From Mytilus trossulus (taxonomy: Eukaryota): a stretch of 64,000 nt of DNA. Each line of letters begins with the position of its first letter. Within the stretch, counting starts at the first letter, position 1. The stretch lies in assembly GCF_036588685.1 (NCBI RefSeq), contig NC_086373.1, positions 39,742,001 through 39,806,000 on the forward strand. The letters run 5' to 3'. The notes below the pieces were generated by a model. That model was not told where the DNA came from. It was given only the letters and a program-made list of their open reading frames with translations, and ran no database searches. The translations under genes were made by a program, and so were the position numbers. Shown piece by piece: positions 1 to 14,600 of the stretch.

Positions 1-163
1 GTTGTTCTTGTATTGTATAACCTGTGATTCAACAAATAAACACAATGTTTGATTATAAACATCTTTTATTAAAATATGCCCTTTTCATGTTATCATATCG
101 CGCGTTAAATGCCCTTTTTCAGGATTGGCACCCTTCCCTTTTGAAATCCTAGCTGGAACACTG
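1..163. mobile_element. Right end of a non-autonomous TIR DNA transposon, same family as 39627-40853
   Basis: Ends in CCTAGCTGGAACACTG (148-163); closely similar to about 40700-40853; lies in a CEP95 intron; left part is outside the window. Confidence 0.85.
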
Positions 164-298
164 TTTATACTATAACTGCCATAAATGTTAACATAAAATA
201 AAATTGAGAATGGAAGTGGAAATGGGGAATATGTCATAGAGACAGCAACCTGACCAAAAAAACAGATAACAGCTGAAGGCTACCAACAGTTTACTTAC

Positions 299-2979
299 TC
301 TTCATCCCAGTAAACAGAAGACTTTTTAATTTCTCTCCTCTCAGGACTACTGGTGATTGTGTCTGATGTACGATTTAATTCTTTCTCTAGAATTTTGTCT
401 ATCATATCTCTCTGCAAAGCATCAGGATCATCATCTAAACCTTCACCTGAACAAAAAAATGTAGAAACAAATACAATATATATTGTCTATCAGTTATCTT
501 ATTTACAACTGCTATGATAGAATGTAGGACATAAGATGTAAAGCAATGACGGCAAGGCAGACATCATTTAACTTGTTTTACAGCAAATGCAAATTACAAT
601 GTAAATGTACAGATCTTTCAATGGGGTGTTTTTCTTCATATATCCAGTTTCTTACACAGATACATACATGTATGATCATTGATTTAAAATATTTTATGTA
701 AACATTACTTCTTGAATCAGTTTTTTTCCAACTTAAAAAGAATATAACAGCATTTCTGAGCATTATATATAAAAAGATGTGGTATGAGTAACAATGAGAC
801 AACTCTCCATCCAAGTCATTATTTTCGAAAGTAAACCATTATAGGTCAAAGTACAGTCTTGAACACAGAACCTTGGTTCATACTGAACAGCAAGGCTACA
901 TGTATATGTATGTATTTAAAAGCATTGTTGCCATACAACTCAATTAAAACAAAAAAACACTTATACATGTATTAAAGGCCTACAAGCAGACATACTTAAG
1001 AGAAAATATACCTTCTTCATTATCTGTAGATAAATCACTTTCAATTTTGTTAAAAATATATTCAAGTAGTCCAGATAAAATTTCTAAGAGATTAATGACA
1101 GATTCTCTATTTGAGTTGACGACATCTCTTCCATTTATATGCAATAGCGACGTATGCAAGACATCTGCAGCCAAGGTGTCGATAACTGTCTGGACATTGT
1201 GAATTTCATCCTCAGTAGTAACAGAAGTCCTTATAATACCTAGAGAAAAGGACAAAAACAAATGAAATCTTCAAATAAGAGCAACTTTATTTGTTGTATT
1301 AATAAATAAATGTAAAAATATTTTGGTGAATTTTTATGGAAAGTGGTAAATCATGAATTTTCTAAAATTTGTATTGGAGCCTTTGGAGGCAGGCATAGGC
1401 TTAATGATTCTAAAAAGAAAAAAAATGTTTGTTTTGTCTAATTAACTTAAGAAATGCTGACAATAAAAACTTTATGTCTAGCTACAATATATTTCTTTGG
1501 TCTCAGCTGCTGTGAATTACAAGCTGTTGTGGTAAAAAAAAAGTTTCTGAATTTATACATTACACATTGGTCTTTCCCCATATGGTCTGTTAGGATCATA
1601 AGTGATGCTACATTGCATGAATGATATTTGAAAGGATTGTTTTTAGGTTGCAGTATGAATGTGATACTGTTATTTCTACAAGATACTTATATTGTACATA
1701 ATGATAAAATCAATTAAAATCTGTAAGTTTTAATACTCCATTTTCAATTTGGTGTATGATGAAATGCTTAACTAAAAGTACTCTCTTTGCAATACAATGT
1801 ATTTTTTTATTTCCATTTAAATGTTTCATGTCCTCACCATTTAGCTTTTCTCCACACAATCCTTCAAATAAGGTGACATAAACTTGAGAATTGATATCTT
1901 CAACACAACCAATAGGACTGCCTGCATTCAGTTGCTCTAGTAATGTATTCGCCTGGCTTACAATACCTGTGAATAAATTTATAATTGAAACTCAATACAT
2001 TTTCAGTTTTTCCAGCATCCCAATAAGTTTGATTGAGTACTGGTAGGTTGTAGTCCTCCAAGATGCTTGTAGATATTTAATATAAACCAGGGGATCAAAT
2101 TACCAGTAGTCCAACTTTTGTATTATCCTGTTTTTTTAATTTGGATCTCCCTACTGGCATGACTGGCAATGACTGATAGTTAGCAGACTTTCATTTTTTT
2201 ACTCTCCTTCATCATTTGTTCATCGTTTCTTCAAAAAGATGTATCAAACAATAAATCTAGTTTCAAAATATATTCCTGAGATATATAATTTGATGAAAGG
2301 AAAGTTATTTTGAATGTATAAATTTGTGGACATGTTACATGTTCATTTAATGTTATGTTGTGTGACACTGTGACATAAGCCAATGGACATGAAATGATAA
2401 AACATACCAAAAAGTTTATTTCATAATTAACATTACAACACATGAAACATCTCTTACTCCTCATAGCCTAGGGTGACCTTTTTAATAAAGAAAACTCAGT
2501 TAGGATCCAAGAAATTATGATAGTTTAACCAGACAGGAAATCTGAAGGTAATTTATGCAGATATATATCATTAATGGTTTGGATTTGTTATAAAAAGTCT
2601 GTCCTAAAAAGAAAGCCATAAGTTTGAGAATGTTCATAGTTGGTTTCATAATATTGTGGGTATTTTTTTTTATTTATCAAAAATGGGATTTCTCTATACT
2701 ACAATGTCAATGAATGTAGGATACACTTTTGTTATTATGTATTGGAATACTAATCTGAATATAAATTACGTAAGAACCAATAAATATGTTCAAGGCAATG
2801 TTAAATGTACACAGAACGCATTATATTTTGACATTAACAGCGTACTATTGAAGTGATTTTAAAAAGAAACTCTTCTTTCTTTAGACATATCAGGTTAGTT
2901 TTGGGGCATATTTGAAGGCTGATTAGTATTAGTACTTACGTCTATCTTCACTAGAAAGTTCTGCTGGTTTTGGTCCCAT
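299..2979 (-). CDS. CEP95: Centrosomal protein of 95 kDa-like (CEP95/CCDC45), first four coding exons; gene continues beyond the left edge
   Basis: Exons 2979-2940 (MGPKPAELSSEDR), 1966-1838 (IVSQANTLLEQL...VYVTLFEGLCGEKLN), 1239-1012 (GIIRTSVTTEDEIHNVQTVIDTLAADVLHTSLLHINGRDVV...NLLEILSGLLEY), 446-299. All introns GT..AG and phases join in frame. The N-terminus resembles the conserved CEP95 N-terminal (DUF5745) region, recognised from memory. Confidence 0.8.
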
Positions 2980-5900
2980 CTTTAATTATACTGTAGTCCA
3001 CAATTTTGAAACTGAAATTAATATATAGTATGTTATAAGTTAATTACATGTATATGGGATCCATGGTATATTTTTTTTATGCTGTACTTCTTTTGAGCTA
3101 TAGATACAATTTATACTCTTTTTTGTGGATTTACATTGTCTGTATTACATTGTATATTATCTTCATGATCTAAATCATCTTATGGTCTTTACTATTCAAT
3201 TATATTATAAGATATAAATTGTTCTAATAAGTTAAAACATTTCATTTATTGTGAATTTATCGCAATGAATTTATTTTGAAAAATTATTAGACATTTAGTG
3301 CACTGTTCTGACAACAGCCCTGCAACACTTCTACAGTACAGGTAGGGACTTATTTTTATGGAAGCCTTAATCCGTCTAGATGTCAGACTGGTCGGACAGT
3401 TGTCCCAGAGTAATAAACACCTGCTGTGCAATATCCAAGTGGAAGGTCGTAAATCAATCTGTACCAGCTTGATTAGAATTAAATTTTATCTGTACAGATA
3501 TATTTGTATTTATGGAGAATAGATAAATGTAAAATATTATAAGAATTTAAATTAAAAATGAAATATTTAGAATTAAAATTAAATATTATGAATGTGGGAT
3601 TTTTTTTTATATAATTTGAAAATGAAATAAAGACGATTTTTAACAATATAGTGTGTTGCCAATTATTATAATAGTTTTGTGCCAATAAACTATTTTGTAT
3701 TTGCATTTGTATTTGTAAACCGTAAATATTTCATCTAATTCAAAATAATAAGCCTTATAACAACCAAGACTGTTTTCAATCGAAGTTTAAATCAAATTGT
3801 TGAGACATCAATCCCATAAACTATACGAGTTTTCATTGATGGTTATATTATTTCCCCCTTTTAACGTCCTGTTCCTTTATATGTTATTATTAGAAACACA
3901 ATTTTAAGTATAAGGCCAACATATCGTATTTATAAAATATGTATAGGCATTGTGAATAAAGTTATTTTCCTTTTGATACAACTTTCCCCGTCGGAGCCTC
4001 TACACCAATTCACACCTGAAAATCATTTCTCGCAAGTAAAACATTTTGGTCAGACAGATCACTCGTGCTTTCTATTTTGACATATTTCCCGTTAATCTCT
4101 TTGAAAGTCAAACAATTGGTTTCTTTAAATACAATATTTATAACACCGTGATCATATTTCGATTCCTATTTTTTATTTAACAAAAAATTGTTGACAATCG
4201 AGATATTGCCTTTCTATTTTCATGTCTCAGTCGACTCTTTTATGAAAATCGCCGGTGTTTTTATTATTTATAAATATATTATACGAATCGATACACGAAA
4301 ATCAAAATTTAACCTTATATAGTTTATTGAATAAATGCACATTTATACCCCAATGGGGTTGAAGGTTAATCGTACTATTCATGATCAGCTGTCTTTACTT
4401 TTTCGTCGTATTTCTAGTCATTCTATACATGTAGCTCGCGCAGTCCGTAAGAATTTTTAAATCGAAGTTTGTCCGAAGTTGTCCGAAGTTTAAAGGAGTT
4501 CTCCAAAGTAGAATATTTAAATAGGAATCCGGGAAATGACTGATAAAAATAAAGACTAAATCTTGTTTTGATTTTACATGTATGTAAATCGATTAAATTT
4601 CTATTCTGGTCAATCGATCAAGAGCCTCAAAACTAATGCACAATACTGTCAATCATTCCACATCAAATTTAATCATGAATGGATTTTCCCACGGTCTTTC
4701 AGTAAGGTCACCTGAGTTTACTGTTACGACATTTCCCGCCATATAAGAATCTCGTGCAGTGGACAAAATCGATCTTTAACATCTTTTATTAGCATTCAAT
4801 AATATTGTGAGTGGAGTCAAGTTAAAGTCCAACCACGTGCACATGCTGTTGATCACTAATATGTGTATAATGGAATTATCTTTTCACGGCAAATTTTTCT
4901 TAAAATTGCTGTTAAAAATATATAACATACAAGTTTCCTTTTTTACATGGATTGTGCGTAAATTAATATTACGCAATTAATTTAGGTTCGGGATTACGGG
5001 ATTAACACTTTCGGGATCTGGGAATTCTTTTTTTCGCGATGTCGGGATTTTGATTTATTTAAATTCGGGACATTGGGACTTCGTGTTTTTAAGCCCGGGA
5101 TTTAGAGATCCGGACCCTATTTACCCCCTACCCCCAAATGCAGGTCAATTATATAAATTTAGCATAATGAACAAACACAGAAATCTTAAAATAAACTTAT
5201 GTCCGGGAAGAATCAATATCTTCTTCAAGTGTTATTATTTGCGTTATATTTTATTGATACATCTCCAACTTTGAAGTTTCGGACAATAAATTGTTTACAG
5301 TAAAAAGTAAAAACTACAAAGAATCAGCAAGCTACTAAATAATATACAAGTATTGCTCACTGTTATTATTTTTTATATCTCGGAACTGACCCAACACAGA
5401 CTGAATATTAAATACATATTATAGAAATATTTTGCATGTGGCCGCGTCAAACTAACCCTGGAGACAGCATTCTGCTAATGGATTTACGAGTAAAACAAAT
5501 ATAACCGTAAGCTTCCAGAAATAGAATACATGTAAAAATATTTATGTTTGAAATTTTATGCAAACAAATAAGAAACAGATACACAAAAAAACAAAAAATA
5601 AACAACAAAGAACATAGAACAAAAATAATTTTGAGGAACAAATTAGAAAATAAATAGCAGTTGAAAAATAAAAACCATAATTAAAAAAATAGGCTATTTT
5701 TATTAAAAACAAAGTTTTCTCCAGTACTTCACCTGTAAACATATTTTATGTCAAAAACGATGTAATCAATAAAGTGACTGAGAGGTTAAAATTACAGGTA
5801 ACCTGATTCTGAAATCAGTGAACCGTAATTCTAGCAGCACGGATTAAGATGAAAGGACAAATATATTGCCAATCACACCTGGATTTGTTGATTAATGACC

Positions 5901-6333
5901 ATACTACCTACCATAAAAATGTCCAATCATTCATATCCGACTAGACGGATTAAGACATCCATAAAAATAAGTCCCTACCCGTACTGTATTTGATTCTCGT
6001 GTTATCATTTCTTATCAATTTGTGTATAAATCTATATAAAAATATTCATTCTTCATTCCTTGTTCAGAAGGTTAGTCAAATATATAAATGAAGATTAAAC
6101 TTAATATTTAGGTATGTATAAAGATGGTATTTTATTGTGTTCTGAGTTGAATATAAGGTTGTGGTGAAAAGACCGGTACCTAGAATGACGGAATAACATT
6201 GTCTTAATCAAAGCATATTTTCTGAATAATCAATGTTTAAAAGTCACCCACATGTGTAAATAATTAAAATTTCAAGTGTTTTTCAGTCATTATAAGTGTT
6301 ATTCGGATGATAACACTGTTATATGTTCGTTCG

Positions 6334-6869
6334 GGGTCTCACTAATTAGCGACAACAAGCGTCAAGAAGCGACAACAAGCGTCAACAAGCGACAAGAAGG
6401 GACAACAAGAATTATTTTAGCGACAAGAAGACTATTTAGCGACAAGAAAACATTTTGGTAGATGAAGAAATTAAACATTTGTGAAGAAGAAAGAGATTGA
6501 GGCCTTTTTTTAATTTTTAAATATGAAGAATATGTATAAGATAATGTATGTATCTGTTTTCATCAAAGTCAAAGTATGAATAAACGAATGGAGATATATA
6601 TAGAGTGGGCATAATGGAATAAAATATTTTGATTCATTTGCTAAAAACTATGCTACTCTTGTTATGTCAATTCGATGCTTTATTTGTAGAACTCTCAGCC
6701 ACGCTTTGCCATCTTTATTATTTAAGCGTGTTTCCAGACCCCACAACGCTTAAATAATAAAGACGGCAAAGCGTGGCTGAGAGTTCTACAAATAAAGCAT
6801 CGAATAAATAGTCTTCTTGTCGCTTGAATAATTCTTGTTGTCGCTTCTTGTCGCTAATGAGTGAGACCG
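6334..6869. mobile_element. Non-autonomous Mutator/foldback-like element with 9-bp TSD
   Basis: TIRs GGTCTCACT(A/C)ATTAGCGACAA..., subterminal GCGACAA(C/G)AA repeats, exact 9-bp flanking duplication GTTCGTTCG at 6325-6333 and 6870-6878. Confidence 0.8.
6670..6805. repeat. Near-perfect hairpin palindrome, 60-bp arms and 16-nt loop
   Basis: 6670-6729 is the reverse complement of 6746-6805 with one mismatch. Confidence 0.95.
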
Positions 6870-9073
6870 GTTCGTTCGTGTTACCCGTGAAAAGACCAGC
6901 TACCGTTCATGAGTTATACAGGTTGGAAGAGGACATTTGGCATTACAGATTTCAATGAACAAGCTGTTCTTATACTATAACGAAACATCGTCAAATATGA
7001 TATTTATAAAAAATGTGCAAAAATTAGATGTCTACACACCAGATTTATCAAATATAAACTTGTATTTTGCTGCTTGAAACAAGCAACTGGGACTTCAACA
7101 TAAGGATATATGTTAGCTTAAAAGCTAACTATAAAGTACGAAATCGGATCGGGTTATTTTTGTATTCCTACAAAATAAATTCACATCATATTCAACTTGA
7201 TTTACTAATTTATAACAAATGATCAGAAATGATCGTGTTCATGCACGTTTACGGAGGTCGGCGGCTATCAAAAACAAACTGTAAAACAACTTAATGCATG
7301 CAATTGAAGGCTCAAATTCACATCGAAATATGCTTACTGCTTTTTAAACCAAACGAGTTTTCATATAATTACGGTTTCTTGTCATCAGAATAAAAACTTT
7401 ACAACTGTTTTCAAAATTTGTTGTCGTGTTCGGCCATGATATAAATAAAACACACCGCCACCTATTGGTCAAAACAGGGGAGATAATTCCACCAAAAACT
7501 TTTAATATATGTAAAACGGTTCCGAACCCATCCCGTGAAATGCCTGAACATTAATTTTTGTCATTAGTTTTTCATTTATTAACAACCAAATTACAATCTG
7601 TAGAAATAGATGCGAACTTATTTATCATATGGAACAGGTCATGTTCTGATAGACGACAGGAGAGCAGAAATATGTTTTCAAGTTTCCTGCAAGTCTAAAA
7701 AAAATAAATATAGCACCGTATAAGGACGTTACGCACGTTCGGCATTGGTGACACTTAGCGTTACACGACGTTCCTTATATAACGACGATTTTGACGCTGT
7801 TCCACGAAAAGTTTCAAACGTTGACCTTATATTCTACTCATGTGAAAAAAACGCTTAAAATACAGAGATTATCGAAGTTGCTTCTTTATTTTTTATTTTT
7901 TTCAAGCCGGTGCATATGTAAAATGCCATGAATTAAAACAAAATTTAAATACATAAACAATCTTTAATTTTTGCGGAGAATTATCTGCAAGAATAACACA
8001 AAATAACAATTTGATGTCTTGTAAAATTATTTAAATATATAAAAAGAAGATCTGGTATAATTGCCAATGAGACAACTCTCAACAAGTGACCAAATTGACA
8101 TAGAAATTAACAACTATAGGACACTGTACGGCCATCAACAATAAGCAAAGCCCATATCGCATAGCCTGCTATAAAAGGCCCCGAAATGTTAATTTAAAAC
8201 AATTTAGACGAGAAAACTAACTGCCTAATTCATGTTAAAAAATGAACGAAAAAGTCTGTTTTGTATATTTTTTGGCGTTTTTTTTTTTTATCTTCAAAAT
8301 GTTTTAAAACTTTAAAACTTAGTTTGATTCTATGAGTGAAACAAATGCAGGACAAGTCTGAGGCTAACCTCTTTACTATTAGGACGAGCGTGCTTACAAC
8401 ATATTATATGGGCTGTCTTTGCTTATAACCCTCAATGTATTTTCTTCTCTGTTTTACAATTTGTGTATTACCTGTTTCTTTTATTTCTTAGAATTGAGCA
8501 ATGATGCCAGAAGACATCTCCTATCTTTGCTAGTAAAATATATCATCTTCGCTAGCCAAGGGTTACGATCCACTCCCGCTCTCTTCACACTCTAAAATAT
8601 CAACTGAAATATCTTATCAGTCATGTTTGTTTTAAAACTGTGAAATCCGGCTTAAAATAAGTCATAACTATAATATCTCATTGTAAGAAATTGCAGACTT
8701 GCATGTATTCAGGGAAAATAAACATCATTCAATTTGTAAAGAACCATCTTCATTTGAATTTTTATCAAAATTCTGATTTGTTATACTCGTGTTAGTAATT
8801 TCTTGGTTTTCGATTTATGCGAGATAATTTTGATAAATGAAACAAATTACATAGTTTACTTTTTTAATATTTTTTCTGTGAAATTTCAATATACTAGATA
8901 TATGAGGTATGACGTGTCACATCCACCTGTTTGTTAAGGCTGTTAATAATTATGGATTTAAAAATATTTAAACGGTTTAGGAGTACCCGGTAATAACTTT
9001 CGAATTATATTAAATTTTAGCTTATATATTTTACAAAAAGTGGTAAATATTGAATATTTCATCTAGGTAAATA

Positions 9074-9369
9074 GCTGGGAGTTGCGGCGTTCTCCTGTAA
9101 CCTAGCCGTACTTGGCGGTCAGGATTGAGGACAATTTGAGGGCAGGATCCCTGCTCTCCGGCGCGTCCGCGCTACGTTTGGCATCAATATGGTCACGTTG
9201 AGGGAGCTCAATGTGCCAATGGTTGTCTAATGAGGGACGTACAGGTCCAGGGTGGAAACACAGCAGACAAAAGTCCCCGTGTCGAATAGTAGTGGGATCG
9301 CGCCTGTGAATAGGCAGCGGTTGGTAGTCTGTCTACTAAACATGCTAAAGTTGGACTCGATCCTTTTTT
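9074..9369 (+). ncRNA. RN7SL: Signal recognition particle RNA (7SL)
   Basis: About 295-nt GC-rich island with hallmark 7SL blocks GGCATCAATATGGT, helix 6 CACGTTGAG-GGAG-CTCAATGTG, helix 8 CCAGGGTGGAAACACAGCAG, AGTAGTGGGATCGCGCCTGTGAATAG, Alu-domain UGUAA turn, and a Pol III T6 terminator at 9364-9369. Confidence 0.95.
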
Positions 9370-11221
9370 GCGTCTTTTTGTGTCTGTTAGAGTGCCGATG
9401 TAACTGATCTGGCTTAAATTTGCAAAAAATAATTTTCTTAAATATTTTTATCCGAGTAAAAAAAGGGGGAGGCTGTAACCGTGCTGGAGAAAAGGAAATT
9501 ACTTGCTTAATCAAGCAATCTTTGTTTACCAGATGGATTTTGGTGGAAGCTTTTTCCTTAATTTTGAAGTGCCAACCGTGCAATTTCTAGAGAATCAACC
9601 GTATATACTTAATTAATTTGATTTTTTACGAAACAGCATTGCCTAGAAAGCACAAAAAATGTTGTAAACTGGAATCCGCTTGTAATACGCTACATTCAAC
9701 ATGGTCTAAGTGTATAGTTGTCAGCCGAGAACATGCTTAAAATGTTGCTGCATCTGAACAAAATAGGTACGTATTGTCTTATTTAAGTTGAAACAATATA
9801 TAACTGACCCTCACAACTCTCGGTAACCCGAAAGAAAAAAAGGTGCGTGCAATTAATGCCCGAACACATCGGACAAAAGCAATGTTGAAGAGAGAGAGAG
9901 AGTGTGAGAGAGAATGAGAAAACATGTCAATCCTTTAGTTGCTTTCTTTGTAAAGATTTTTTTTTTACATTTCGTTTAAGAGATTTTAAATTGTACCTGT
10001 TTCTCCTTCTGAAAATAATTCGAATCCCCAGAGAGTGGCATCGTAGTGGAGGGCAGTACATTTACATAAAAAGAGGGGCTCTGAAGGCATAAGAGGGTGT
10101 CACTTCAGTCATGCTTCAGTGATTACCTATTTAATAAACAAAAGATTCCCTGTATAATCGACAAGAGATTTTATTTATAATCAACCAAATTTTCCCAAGA
10201 AAAGGGGGACAAGCACCTAATCCGCCTCTGGATCCGTTTGACTTTGCAGGATATCTGCTTTGACTGTGGCTGTCAATTTATATATATATGGAAAGTGCAA
10301 AAATGCAGTTCTGATATTGTTGTGTTGAATTTAAGTTAAAATGTATTTACTTATCTGATGTACAGTAGTTGTCCTTTGTTTATGTAGTTCATACGTGTTT
10401 CTCGTTTTTAAATAGATTAGACAGTTTAATTGTTTTCCAGTTTGAATGGTTTTACATTACTAATTTTTGGGCCATTTATATCTTGCTGTTCGTATAAGCG
10501 AAGGCCCCGTGTTGAAGGCCGTACCTTGACCTATAATGGCTTACTTTAATAAATTGTTATTTTAATGGAGAGTTATCTCATTGGAACTTATACCACATCT
10601 TCCTATATCTTATTATGTAATGAAATATAATGTACATAAAAGAGCCAACCGTACTCAATAAAAAAATATTTGGATGGAGAGTTTTCTCATTGGCAATCAT
10701 ACCAAATTTACTCATACCACATCTTCCTATATCTAATTATGTAATGAAATATTATGTACATAAAAAGAGGGAACAGTACTCAATAAAAATATCAGACACC
10801 ATACAGAGAAGACCACATCAACCGACAACTCACGACTGTCCTGGTCCAAATAGCCTAAGCTGATGGAGGCACAACATGTAGTATCCTTAAACAAGTTTTA
10901 CGTGCACATCCCCTTTCATATCTACACAAGACAATATGTCGTATAATAGGATACACACAAAAAAACCTATATCACCGTGCAGCTATCAACTTATCCTTCA
11001 GGATAAAAGCTCAACATGAAGACTATCGCATACTTTATTATCAACAATGCTGTTTTATAAGCGTCACATCTTAAAGAACTATCGGTTTCTATTCCTATTT
11101 TATTTTTTTAAACCCTGAGCTTATTTTGTTACTTAAACGGCTTTTGCATATTATTAATACATCCGGAAAGACTTTCAGTTAGACAAGAAAAACAAAGATG
11201 AGTCACAATAAGAATAATATA

Positions 11222-11538
11222 AATAAGAAGATGTGGTATTATTGCCAATGAGACAACTATCCACAAAAGACCAAAATGACACATACATTAACAACTATAG
11301 GTCATCGTACGGCCTTCAACGATGAGCAAAGCCCATACCGCATAGTCAGCTATAAAAAAAAAAAAAAACCGATAAGACAATGTAAAACAATGCAAACGAG
11401 AAAACTATCGACTTTATATATGTAGAAAATTGAACGAAAAACAAATATGTAAAACATAAACAAACGACAACCACTGAATTTACAGGCTCCTGACTTGGGA
11501 CAGGCACAAACATAAATAATGTGGCGGGGTTAAACATG
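11222..11538 (+). repeat. High-copy interspersed repeat family A (end AAGAAGATGTGGTATGATTGCCAATGAGACAAC)
   Basis: Related copies in both orientations at about 770-900, 8040-8250, 10360-10740, 27740-28010, 29340-29606, 34900-35315, 36930-36975, 48600-48740 and 57420-57650. Confidence 0.85.
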
Positions 11539-11638
11539 TAAAAATGGTTGTTAATGTTTTAAAATGTATTTATTCACTTAATAAATTAATCATATGTACA
11601 AGTAAGCACTGTCATGTAGCTGAACTGTGATGGCTGCT

Positions 11639-14600
11639 TTAAACAACGGTTGTTCTTTTTGATGCAGCAATTATCTGTAAAAATATAAAAATAATAATGA
11701 ATAATAAATTACTAATATGAGTACAACCTGTTTCGCCTCCTGCAACATTTTGAGTACATAGTCATTTTTGTTTCAACCATTTAAGCATGGTATTAGACTT
11801 TAAAATAGCATTAGTCTATGTCAAACCTATTTTGGTTAGTCTTAAGTTTTCTTTGTTGTGTTTTGTGTAATATTGTTTGTCTTTTTCTTTTTAAGCCATG
11901 GCGTTGGCAGTTTATTCTCGATTAGTGAGTTTGAATGTCCATTTGGTATCTTAGTCGCTCAACTTCTATGATTGGCTTTATATACGCTGGCAAGGATGAA
12001 CGGAATGCATTTTCTTTTACCTAGCTGTCATCATAATACTATTATATTAAAAATGCATAGTTCAAAACAATTTACATTACCATTGAAATTTAAGAGCAAA
12101 TTTCAAGTCAAACCGTATTGCATAAGTCACTTAGAAGGAAAGTATTCACATTTATAAAACGACCTATTAAAGTCATATGACTAGAAATTCATGAAGTGTG
12201 TAATATAAATGTCCATACATTAACAATATCATATTATTACTATATGGGTGCGTTTAACAACTTTCACGGGATCAAGGTTGGCCCCTGGAGAAAATGTCAG
12301 GTATTGTTCCTGACTGTATTGCAGATTTATGTGTAGTATTTTAACTGACATGCACAATTCATTTCACTTTAAATGAAATAAAAATAATTCTACAAAAGTC
12401 GCTGAGCTCTGCATTGCAACTTAAGCTTAGACCAACCATGCATCAAGCATTTTCTAGGGAACACTGAGCTAGGAAAATACGTCCTTGGTGTTTTAAATAT
12501 TGTTACCCAAAATAAGGTTGATTTCCATATAGCATAAACGTGACTAAGACCCCTCAAAACTCCTCCATTGAATTTGTGGCTGAAACCCCTGCAGTTTACA
12601 TAAGACAATGTTTGACATGCCCTTTTTGAAATATCAATCATCGCGCTTAAGTGCCAAAAATTATGATTGGCTTCCTGTCCTTTTAAAATTCTAGCTGGAA
12701 CACTTCTTTGTAATACCAATGAGTGTCTCGCACAGTAGGAAGACTAATATACTAAAATGCAAAGTTGTGCAAATGAATAAAGTAAATGTTCTTACCACTG
12801 AGATCAATGTTTTCCCAGACGAGTGATGACTGTAGCGTTTGGCAGATGGAATTAACAGACTGATCGAGCCAATTCTTGAACAATGTTCAATGTAATCTAA
12901 ACACGCTGTTCTTAAATCACCAAGCTCAAACTGAGAAGCTCCACACAATAAACCTGAAAATTAAGGACGGAAAAAAAATCATGAGATTGTGATTCGTGTA
13001 ATTATAGCATTATATACTTGCCTAGCTAAATAACATGAAAATTAAGGGTACACTGGGGAACATCACTAGTTTCATTGGAAAGCATACCATTTCTTCTTAG
13101 GGGCATGCTGCTTTTTGATTGTGCGTCTTTTGTCCGTCTGTCTGTCCCGCTTCAGGTTAAAGTTTTTGGTCAAGGTAGTTTTGGATGAAGTTGAAGTCCA
13201 ATCAACTTGAAACTTAGTATACATGTTCCTATGTTATGATCTGTCTAATTAAAATGTCAAATTAAGAGTTTTTAACCCAATTTCACTGTCCACTGAAAAT
13301 AGAATATTATAGTGCCAGTTGGGTATCCGTGTATTATCATATGGATACATTATTCTTGTTTTTATCCTTTTTTTTTAATTATACAACTATTATCTTATTA
13401 CGGCTGATCATTGGGTGCATTTTATTGGGAGGGGAATCCATAACGGCTGTAAATGCTTACCTGCCACATTTGATGCAGATATATCAACAGTACCACAATG
13501 CAAGTATTCGACAATTTTCTGGAAGTCCTCTAGTAGATATTTACTGACAGGTATGGTCAGATGGTGGTTAGTCTTAGGTGTTTTAAATTTCTTCTTCGTC
13601 TGCACTTTGGGATTTTTGGCGGAAAATTCTAATTCCCTTTGCTTCTTCAAAATTATATTGTACAGTACTCTGAAATAATGTACAATAAAAGTTATATTTG
13701 AGTGCTATAAACTTTTGGTTAATGAATATTTGAACAAATAGAAGTGTGAATATAATGCAAAATAATTCTTGTTCAAAAATTTATTTCATTGCAATATACA
13801 AACTATCTAAATGTATTTTAAAGTTATAACTTTTTTTTAAAACTTAGGGTAATGTCCAGTGGCAAATATTTTAGGCATGCTCTGAAAAAGAACGTTGTTA
13901 ACTATGAATATGATTCCTCAAAATTGGAACTGAATCGGAATTATTTAAAACGGTTAAAAAAAAAAAAAAAAAAACCACATACACACACACAGACACGACT
14001 CAGTTTCACCGAATAATATCCAGGGGTTGCGTTGTTGTACAGAATTTAGCGTTTTCAGATGCTACCATACTTGTACAGAATTTAGCGTTTTCAGATGCTA
14101 TCATGCTTGTACAGAATTTAGCGTTTTCAGATGCTACCATGGTTGTACAGAAAACGTGTTCATCGTGCTCTGAGTATGTAATTCTCTAGTCATCATTCAA
14201 ATTAAAAAAAAGTCTGGTGATAGGATTTATAATCTATTATTAATAAGAAAAACGTTAAACAAATACAGTGGATCTGATTGAGAAAGTCTATTTGACTTTA
14301 CTCTTGCTTAATGATTTTTGACATAAGCACACATAATTACCTGCTTCGTGTTCCCATGATAGCCTTTACGCCGTAAACAGGAACTTTTTGGCTTCCAATA
14401 AGAAATGTAACATCACATAGTTCTGGCATTGAGATAATATATCGGAGATGACTTGATAAATCCATGGTATTTTGGAAATTCATCTTCTCTTTGGTTGATT
14501 GTTGATGCTGTTCATTCCAGATTTTGTCAAGTGTAGCGAAAGTTGTTGATTTGGCAGAAGAAATGTCTTTATATTCACCATCAGAGGAACCAGACCCAGA

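Noticed and set aside
9227-9583. 118-aa minus-strand ORF
   Set aside because: Antisense to the 7SL gene with no recognisable domain; spurious
14035-14152. 36-bp direct repeats resembling a CRISPR array
   Set aside because: Repeats are head-to-tail with no spacers, lie in a eukaryotic intron and have no cas genes nearby; ordinary minisatellite
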